A program made the translations under genes and the position numbers. This document shows positions 7,323-13,040 of a DNA stretch of 29,579 nucleotides, piece by piece. Position 1 is the stretch's first letter, and each line of letters opens with the position of its first letter. Origin of the DNA: a virus. Taxonomy: Duplodnaviria; Caudoviricetes. The notes beneath the pieces were generated by a model. The model did no database searches and was not told the DNA's origin. It saw only the letters and a program-made list of their open reading frames with translations. Location of the stretch: positions 1 to 29,579 of the IMG/VR virus record IMGVR_UViG_3300033124_000357; one strand, 5' to 3'.

Positions 7323-8959
7323 AAGTGGCTCACTGATAGTCTATTGGGATTTAATGATAGCACTATATCTTCTAGCAATGCTGTATCTCCTGTGGCCAAT
7401 GCCAGTTTATAAAGTTCCACTGTGGGATTGACTTCTTGTTTAGGTAATTCAGTTTGAATAAAGTGTCCATAGTGTTCTGTAATTTCTACACTCAAATATG
7501 GATTAAGTTGTTGTAATGCGCTGACTAGTTCTGCTCTGTTTATCTTATGTTTAATATAAACTGCATCGTGAACTGGTAATAGCAATTCTTCTTGACCAAA
7601 GCGATCTATAACATATTTCATTATTGCTGCCAAATATTGATATTCTGCTTGTTGATATAGATATGCCATAACTTTATTATTGTTTATTCTGCCTGCCTTA
7701 TCCTTTACGCACATAGGCATCTCTTCTTTGGTATTGTCTAATCTTGTGCGTTCAATAACAAGTTTATTCATACTCTTCTGCTCATCAATAAACTCCATAA
7801 ACCAACGACTACTTGTTAGCAGTTCAACTTCTTCCTTGTTGATAATCTCACGGATTGCTGGTAGTTTATAGTTGTCATTGCCAGTGGGCCAAGGTGTTGC
7901 TTCAATGTCTGCACCAAAGCCAATGGCAGTTATAATCTGTTTGGCACGGCCTTGATGTTTATCACCAAGCACTTTAGCAAGTTGTTGTCTAAACCAATTC
8001 TTATCTTTGATAAGGCTTCTTGTATGCCCCATCTTAATGTTTGAGTTGATAGTCTCACACAAATGCACTTTCCAGGCCTGACTACATACATCAATGTCAA
8101 TGCTATAACAATGTCCTAATGCGGCGTGGCGTAGTTCTTTGGAGCAGTTCTGTAAGTTTAGACCCATAAAGTATAATCTACCAAAGTCGCTGTATTTGTA
8201 TGCCTGACTAAGTTTATTGTCCTCCTGTAGTTTAAGTATGCACACGGCCTGCTTTAAGTTTTCTGCCGCTTTTGCTTTATACTCATCACTGGCATATTTG
8301 TATGAGTTAGTTCGGCTGTCCCAACGACCCATTGACTCTACATTCAAACTGCGTTGTATAAAGATATTTAGACTCGGTAAGTCTATTGGTGTATCAAAAT
8401 AATCTTCTACATCTTTAATGTTCTTTTTGTAATATTCTTGAATAGCCTCTTTAGGCCAAGCAGTTAGTTCTTCTGCATCTGCGATTTCATAATTAAGTTT
8501 CACTTTAGTATTTTCCTCTGTTAAGTTATTGCCTCTTTCCACTATAGTATACAAACTATATGGGCTTTGTTCAAACCAATCCAACCAGAACTTTCTCTTT
8601 CCATTTAAGGTGTATTGTCCTAGTTTACGCTTGATGCGTTCTCTTCTTATGTGATATAAGTTAAGTTTTGTTTGACTTGGATTACGCCAGTTTAATTTTA
8701 CTTCTGTTGTAACCAAATCATAATAGTGTTTGACAACCTTTAAGTAATCAATTCTTGTTCCTCGTCGTGGTTGAGGTATTTCATTTGAAACTGCTGTGGC
8801 TGTCGTCTCTATGTCAAACTTACCAGTAGGCGACACCTCCCTCTCCTCCTCTCCTCCCCTATATGTGCTATATACAGGTGATGTAGTCATCCTTATACTA
8901 TTAGCCGTTGCAGTTATTTCATCACAGCCGTTGCAGTTATTTGTAATTAAATTAGCCAT
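7319..8959 (-). CDS. divergent family-A (PolA/T7-RNAP superfamily) polymerase-like protein with no recognisable exonuclease domains
   Basis: 'DFGRLYFMGLNLQNCSKELRHA' (cf. TGRLSS.PNLQNIP..IR.AF), motif A 'YSIDIDVCSQ', motif B 'RAKQIITAIGFGA', 'YLYQQAE', motif C 'LLLPVHDAVYI'. Start placed at 8959 (TAATG overlap); ORF is open to 8968. Confidence 0.72.
   Translation of the reverse strand: MANLITNNCNGCDEITATANSIRMTTSPVYSTYRGGEEEREVSPTGKFDIETTATAVSNEIPQPRRGTRIDYLKVVKHYYDLVTTEVKLNWRNPSQTKLNLYHIRRERIKRKLGQYTLNGKRKFWLDWFEQSPYSLYTIVERGNNLTEENTKVKLNYEIADAEELTAWPKEAIQEYYKKNIKDVEDYFDTPIDLPSLNIFIQRSLNVESMGRWDSRTNSYKYASDEYKAKAAENLKQAVCILKLQEDNKLSQAYKYSDFGRLYFMGLNLQNCSKELRHAALGHCYSIDIDVCSQAWKVHLCETINSNIKMGHTRSLIKDKNWFRQQLAKVLGDKHQGRAKQIITAIGFGADIEATPWPTGNDNYKLPAIREIINKEEVELLTSSRWFMEFIDEQKSMNKLVIERTRLDNTKEEMPMCVKDKAGRINNNKVMAYLYQQAEYQYLAAIMKYVIDRFGQEELLLPVHDAVYIKHKINRAELVSALQQLNPYLSVEITEHYGHFIQTELPKQEVNPTVELYKLALATGDTALLEDIVLSLNPNRLSVSHL
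8903..8942. repeat. 17-bp direct repeat x2 (agccgttgcagttattt) in 5' end of polymerase-like gene
   Basis: Identical copies at 8903-8919 and 8926-8942 (23-bp period). Confidence 0.85.
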
Positions 8960-9150
8960 TATAGCCACCTATCTGCATCACAGATTATTTTATTATTTTC
9001 AATGGCATATTGATCTAATGCACGATATAATTCTGCTATTAGATAATATTCCCAATCTGGTTCGGTAAATTCTTCACTGAATTGTTTTTCACAATTTAGC
9101 TCAGTGGCTAATCTTATCATACTATCAATTAGTTCTTGTTTAGTAATCAT
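8959..9150 (-). CDS. hypothetical protein (acidic)
   Basis: 63 aa; GAGG SD; ATGA and TAATG overlaps on either side. Confidence 0.7.
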   Translation of the reverse strand: MITKQELIDSMIRLATELNCEKQFSEEFTEPDWEYYLIAELYRALDQYAIENNKIICDADRWL

Positions 9151-9515
9151 TCTAAGACCTCTGCCAGTCTATCAATAACTTCTTGTTGCGTGTCAGTGGT
9201 CATAATAATAGTAGGCTTACTATCAGCATTGATTAAAGGTTCATTGACATTCCAATGTTTAATAAACTTTTTTTGAATCTCGCCATCTTTAACTTTGTAT
9301 TTTAAGTTATCAATGACTACACCATAACCACCATCTTGTAGCGTTATAATGTCACGCCAAAATACATAGTTTTTATTTGCTGGATCTATGTAACTATGTG
9401 CGATTTCATAGTTAGCATTAGCCATAGTGACCACACAGATGTTGCCACCATATCGGCTTTCTTGTTCGTATGTTTGTAGGACTACGAAAGGTCCTTTTGC
9501 GATATTTTTAGACAT
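9147..9515 (-). CDS. hypothetical protein (beta-rich; replication-operon gene)
   Basis: AGGAG SD before ATG 9515 (MSKNIAK...), so start moved from 9542; first gene of the operon containing the polymerase-like gene. Confidence 0.75.
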   Translation of the reverse strand: MSKNIAKGPFVVLQTYEQESRYGGNICVVTMANANYEIAHSYIDPANKNYVFWRDIITLQDGGYGVVIDNLKYKVKDGEIQKKFIKHWNVNEPLINADSKPTIIMTTDTQQEVIDRLAEVLE

Positions 9516-9613
9516 ATAGTCTCCTAAAAAATAATAAAACAACGACTACAGTCATTGAGTGTAACCAATAAACTCCTCTTTTGTATTTGCCAATGCTACA
9601 TTGTAGCATAATT

Positions 9614-9621
9614 TATTTATC
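9614..9621 (-). promoter_or_regulatory. late-promoter-like motif (GATAAATA) heading the replication operon
   Basis: Just downstream of the 9653-9680 terminator; followed by palindrome ATGCTACA-N-TGTAGCAT (9593-9609). Confidence 0.5.
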
Positions 9622-9652
9622 ATCGTCAAGTCTTTTTTAGGTTGTTATAGCC

Positions 9653-9680
9653 AAAAAAAAGCCCGAATATTCGGGCTTTT
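9653..9680 (-). terminator. intrinsic terminator
   Basis: Perfect 24-bp palindrome AAAAGCCCGAATATTCGGGCTTTT (9657-9680) with a T8 run on the minus strand. Confidence 0.85.
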
Positions 9681-9774
9681 AGTGTAATAGGACTTGTCTA
9701 AAGATTACTTTGGCAAATACAAATTAGAGAAAGGTTTAGTCAACTATTTTACTAGGAGCTTTTGCCTATTACAC
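9655..9774 (-). ncRNA. candidate small structured non-coding RNA (~115 nt)
   Basis: Lies between a GATAAATA motif (9778-9785) and a terminator; 10-bp closing stem GTGTAATAGG/CCTATTACAC (9765-9774 with 9682-9691) encloses two internal hairpins; no minus-strand ORF. Confidence 0.5.
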
Positions 9775-9776
9775 AG

Positions 9777-10094
9777 TTATTTATCATCTTTTTCAATATC
9801 ACGGGCTAGTTCTATAGAATTTTTAACTAATTCGGCTATGTCATCTTCATCCATACCATTAAGAATGAGATTGATGATACAATCAGTGCCCATAGCATAA
9901 ACAGCGCTCTGTGTGCAAAAGCCGGGAACAATTTTGTCCCACTCACCATTGACCAACTTGAAGAACCATTCATCTCCAAATGCTTGGCTCATCTTAATGT
10001 TATACTCAACGCCATCCTGCCAATAAGTGTGTGGATCATCGCGCCTTGCTTTGACTTCTTGTTCTTGAAGCTTTAGCCATTTCTTTGCGTCCAT
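9777..10094 (-). CDS. hypothetical early protein
   Basis: 105 aa; GGAG SD; TAATG overlap with upstream gene. Confidence 0.75.
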   Translation of the reverse strand: MDAKKWLKLQEQEVKARRDDPHTYWQDGVEYNIKMSQAFGDEWFFKLVNGEWDKIVPGFCTQSAVYAMGTDCIINLILNGMDEDDIAELVKNSIELARDIEKDDK

Positions 10095-10294
10095 TATGCT
10101 CGCTCCAATGCTTTAAGTTCTGCCTGTTGTTTTGCCAATAAGACTTTTAACTTGTCAGCCAGTTCAGGCATATCTTTAATAGCCATTTTGGTTTGTTTAA
10201 TATGAATCCGTTTTAATTCTGCTGGACCCATTGCTTGTAATGCTGTTAATGCTGAGTTCCATTGATCTGCTGTAAGCATTTTAGATTTAGCCAT
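10094..10294 (-). CDS. hypothetical early protein (helical, basic)
   Basis: 66 aa; AGGAG SD. Confidence 0.75.
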   Translation of the reverse strand: MAKSKMLTADQWNSALTALQAMGPAELKRIHIKQTKMAIKDMPELADKLKVLLAKQQAELKALERA

Positions 10295-10309
10295 TTTATA
10301 ATCTCCTAA

Positions 10310-10531
10310 TTAGTTGTTAACTGACAGTAATTGTTGTAAACTTTGTGCGTTTAGCAGATAACTGCGGTGAAACTGTTTACAGATTTTAATTCTGTGCTTT
10401 ACTCCCTGTTTAACGGATTTGTCTGTAATCTTCGCCAATGTAAGTTCTAACTCTTTAATGTTAACAACTTCTTGTGCCGCGGCAGCCAAGTTGTTTTCAA
10501 TTTGTTGTTTAGTCAATTCTTCTGTTCGCAT
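10310..10531 (-). CDS. hypothetical early protein (helical hairpin)
   Basis: 73 aa; AAAGGA SD. Confidence 0.75.
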   Translation of the reverse strand: MRTEELTKQQIENNLAAAAQEVVNIKELELTLAKITDKSVKQGVKHRIKICKQFHRSYLLNAQSLQQLLSVNN

Positions 10532-10551
10532 TTTCTGTCCTTTATAAAAAA

Positions 10552-10827
10552 TTAAGCCACTAACAAGTTAACAATGTCGTCACGCTCATCATACTCGCTC
10601 ATTTTGTAAAGCAAGTCTTCATAAGTGTCAAACGCTCTAACCAAACTTTTAGCATTAGCCAATGTGCTATCGGCAATAAGTTTTGTAATTACCGCTTCGC
10701 ATTGTTCAGCGTCGCTAATATACATCTCGCTCATCTCAGCATCTTCAACGGCAAGTTCTCTATTGTGTTCTGCTTCACCAATAAAAAAGTTTACCAAGTA
10801 GTTGCTTTGCTCTGTAGTTAATAACAT
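10552..10827 (-). CDS. hypothetical early protein (acidic)
   Basis: 91 aa; GAGGA SD; first gene after sigma70-type promoter. Confidence 0.75.
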   Translation of the reverse strand: MLLTTEQSNYLVNFFIGEAEHNRELAVEDAEMSEMYISDAEQCEAVITKLIADSTLANAKSLVRAFDTYEDLLYKMSEYDERDDIVNLLVA

Positions 10828-10878
10828 AATAAGTCCTCTGTGTGTGTTTTGCTGTAAAACTATTTTTACAACACTTGT

Positions 10879-10907
10879 AGTATAACACAGAAGTCAATTT
10901 GTGCCAA
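10879..10907 (-). promoter_or_regulatory. sigma70-type early promoter
   Basis: TTGGCA (10907-10902)-N17-TATACT (10884-10879) with extended TGn. Confidence 0.7.
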
Positions 10908-10948
10908 TTTATTACCCATATATTTTACTCAAGTATTACTCGTGTCCT

Positions 10949-11253
10949 AAAAACAACACTCGTAACTTAAGTATTACATTTTGGATCTATATAAAACTCG
11001 TATGCCAAAAACAACACTCGTAACTTAAGTATTACATTTTGGATCTATATAAAACTCGTATGCCAAAAACAACACTCGTAACTTAAGTATTACAAATAGA
11101 AAAACTCGTATGCCAAAAACAACACTCGTAACTTAAGTATTACAAATAGAAAAACTCGTATGCCAAAAACAACACTCGTAACTTAAGTATTACATTTTGG
11201 CATTACATAAAAACTTGTGTCCTAAAAACAACACTCGTAACTTAAGTATTACA
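10949..11253. repeat. non-coding tandem array: six identical 30-bp cores (aaaaacaacactcgtaacttaagtattaca) with 20-29 bp related linkers
   Basis: Cores start at 10949, 11007, 11065, 11115, 11165 and 11224 (periods 58, 58, 50, 50, 59); linker pattern A, A, B, B, C; a degenerate partial unit lies at ~10926-10948. Confidence 0.95.
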
Positions 11254-11262
11254 TTTTGGCCC

Positions 11263-11292
11263 AAAAAAAAGTGCTACATTTAGTAGCACTTT
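11263..11292 (-). terminator. intrinsic terminator insulating the repeat array
   Basis: AAAGTGCTAC-N5-GTAGCACTTT inverted repeat (11268-11292) with a T8 run on the minus strand. Confidence 0.8.
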
Positions 11293-11312
11293 AGTATTAC
11301 AATATAATTTGC

Positions 11313-11468
11313 TTATTTTTTAAGCAAATTCAGCAATAATTTATTAATTTGTTCATTTATGCTATTGCGTTGCCCAGTTTTAATCAAAATACCTTTTGTT
11401 TCCAATAAACGGTCAATTTCCAACATAATGTGCTTATGTGCTGTTGCTGTGTATTCATCATATTTCAT
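11313..11468 (-). CDS. hypothetical early protein (51 aa)
   Basis: AGGGA SD before ATG 11468 (MKYDEY...); has its own promoter and terminator; ORF-track start at 11498 lies inside the leader hairpin. Confidence 0.65.
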   Translation of the reverse strand: MKYDEYTATAHKHIMLEIDRLLETKGILIKTGQRNSINEQINKLLLNLLKK

Positions 11469-11518
11469 TTTAAGTCCCTGTGTGTTAAGTTGTAACAACT
11501 ATTTGCTACAACACAAGT

Positions 11519-11547
11519 AGTTTAACATATCAGCCATTTAAGGTCTA
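11519..11547 (-). promoter_or_regulatory. sigma70-type early promoter
   Basis: TAGACC (11547-11542)-N17-TAAACT (11524-11519) with TGn; shares 23-bp upstream block with the next promoter. Confidence 0.6.
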
Positions 11548-11600
11548 TTTGTTTAACTACTAGTGCTTTGCATTGTTTGTTTGTGCATCGCAGTAAAGTA

Positions 11601-11629
11601 ATTATAACGCACTTGGGAATTAAGGTCTA
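11601..11629 (-). promoter_or_regulatory. sigma70-type early promoter
   Basis: TAGACC (11629-11624)-N17-TATAAT (11606-11601). Confidence 0.6.
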
Positions 11630-11678
11630 TTTGTTTAACTACGACTAAAGTATTAGAGCCTATACGAAAGTAGTAGAC

Positions 11679-11710
11679 AAAAAAAGCCCCAGGAGTTACC
11701 CCAGGGCTTT
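11679..11710 (-). terminator. intrinsic terminator ending the late operon
   Basis: GC-rich GCCCTGGGG-TAACT-CCTGGGGC hairpin followed by T7; preceded by a second hairpin GATGATG/CATCATC. Confidence 0.75.
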
Positions 11711-11748
11711 AAAGCAGTAACGATGATGTTGATTAAGCATCATCTACA

Positions 11749-12501
11749 CTACTCAGTAGTGCTATTTTTATTTAACTCTGCAACTCTCAATAAGTATTCA
11801 TCAAGACTTATGTATTTGTATCCAGGGTTGGATTTGTTAAGATGATATGTAAGTCCGCAGAAACTCATACCCATATCAGCAGCCGCACTTGAAACACTGG
11901 CATAAACACCTGTGGGTGTCATTAAGAATTTACTGTTACGCCTAATATAAAACTTTGTAGGATCGCGCTTGATATAAGTTTTTCTTTTTTTTGGTTCAGT
12001 GTTAATATCTATATCTTTAGGACGACCAACAGGATTTAGGTCGCATAAGTTTATACCATTTACCATAAACTTATTTTGATCAGCGATCATTTCAATGTAA
12101 GTGACTTGATCAATTGTTTTAGCAGGAACTTCTCTAAGTGTATATGGTTTTTGTGGCAAACGAGGCTGTGCATATTGATTAAACCAATAACTATGTGCAC
12201 CAGCACTCATTTGTAACTCTATCCAGTTCTGTGCTAGTTCTCGTGGTATAAGTGGATAGCCGACTGCCTGCACCCATAGTCCAGTCTTTTTATCTCGGTA
12301 AATGAAAGCATCACTGGCAATTAAATCATTGGGTATCTTAGTCCAGGCCGCTGCTGCTATAATGTTGTTGGGTTCATATCCATTTAAAGTTGAATATTTT
12401 TTTGTGCTGTCAGGGACCCAATTTGTTGCCCGACTTAATACAAGGTCAGGGGCTTCTGGATGCGGACCATCGCCCATCCATTTTTTTCTAGTTTGTTTCA
12501 T
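11749..12501 (-). CDS. putative DNA-binding protein (C-terminal NUMOD1-like HTH, GRPK AT-hook-like motif)
   Basis: 'PVGRPK', basic linker, 'TPTGVYASVSSAAADMGMSFCGLTYHLNK..PGYKYI'; start placed at ATG 12501, 5 nt after TCTAAATA; ORF is open to 12522. Confidence 0.6.
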   Translation of the reverse strand: MKQTRKKWMGDGPHPEAPDLVLSRATNWVPDSTKKYSTLNGYEPNNIIAAAAWTKIPNDLIASDAFIYRDKKTGLWVQAVGYPLIPRELAQNWIELQMSAGAHSYWFNQYAQPRLPQKPYTLREVPAKTIDQVTYIEMIADQNKFMVNGINLCDLNPVGRPKDIDINTEPKKRKTYIKRDPTKFYIRRNSKFLMTPTGVYASVSSAAADMGMSFCGLTYHLNKSNPGYKYISLDEYLLRVAELNKNSTTE

Positions 12502-12527
12502 ATCTTTATTTAGATATGACATTCGCT

Positions 12528-12803
12528 TTACTTTGTAATCAAGTATCCTGCAAAAGCTAATATGGCAGTTATGATAGTGCCAAATGTTGCAATCATTTGA
12601 ACCTGCTTACTGGAATTTTGACGCTCCAATAATAACTTGATCTCACTAAAGCCTGCTTGAGTTTGACTTTTAAGGTCGTTGATAGTTGTTTCAATCTTTG
12701 CGATTCTAAGTTCAACATTGTCCAACCTTTCTTCTAGGGCCTTGTAGCGAAGTTCGCATAGTTGTATATGTCCCTTTAATGAGGTTTCTTTGAAGTTATC
12801 CAT
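12528..12803 (-). CDS. coiled-coil protein with C-terminal TM helix (XhlA/holin-like candidate)
   Basis: 91 aa from MDNFK; heptad region then 'MIATFGTIITAILAFAGYLI'; the upstream extension in the ORF track overlaps another gene. Confidence 0.65.
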   Translation of the reverse strand: MDNFKETSLKGHIQLCELRYKALEERLDNVELRIAKIETTINDLKSQTQAGFSEIKLLLERQNSSKQVQMIATFGTIITAILAFAGYLITK

Positions 12804-12804
12804 A

Positions 12805-12957
12805 TTATTTTTTCTTTGTTTGCTGTTGGCTGAGGCGTATTGCCACACCTTGCTTTGCTGCCCGAGCCTTGCCCCCGGGTCCAGGGTAGTAATGTCCGCT
12901 TGTTCCATATTTGTATCCTTTTCCGCCTCGGGGGCCTGTTACTCGTCTTACTGGCAT
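12805..12957 (-). CDS. small basic Gly/Lys/Arg-rich protein (50 aa, not in ORF track)
   Basis: MPVRRVTGPRGGKGYKYGTSGHYYPGPGGKARAAKQGVAIRLSQQQTKKK; TAATG overlap upstream; stop 1 nt before next ATG. Confidence 0.75.
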   Translation of the reverse strand: MPVRRVTGPRGGKGYKYGTSGHYYPGPGGKARAAKQGVAIRLSQQQTKKK

Positions 12958-13028
12958 TATTTTCTCCCGGGTCTTGGCTTTTTACGATTAGTTTTCGTTC
13001 TCATTCCGCGTTCTGGTAAATGTCTCAT
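12957..13028 (-). CDS. very small basic peptide (23 aa, not in ORF track)
   Basis: MRHLPERGMRTKTNRKKPRPGRK; strong AAGGAG SD identical in layout to the capsid gene; TAATG coupling to next ORF. Confidence 0.6.
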   Translation of the reverse strand: MRHLPERGMRTKTNRKKPRPGRK

Positions 13029-13040
13029 AATATTCTCCTT

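Noticed and set aside
9682-9774. tRNA or hammerhead ribozyme
   Set aside because: No T-loop (TTCRA) or cloverleaf, and no CUGAnGA/GAAA core on the transcribed strand.
10949-11253. CRISPR array (30-bp repeats with 20-29 bp spacers)
   Set aside because: Spacers are duplicated and related to each other (A, A, B, B, C, sharing aaaactcgtatgcc-like ends) and uneven in length. There are no cas genes, and a terminator blocks transcription from upstream.
12804-12908. 35-aa N-terminal extension of the 12528..12908 ORF
   Set aside because: It overlaps the better-supported 12805..12957 basic protein; ATG 12803 follows that gene's stop directly.
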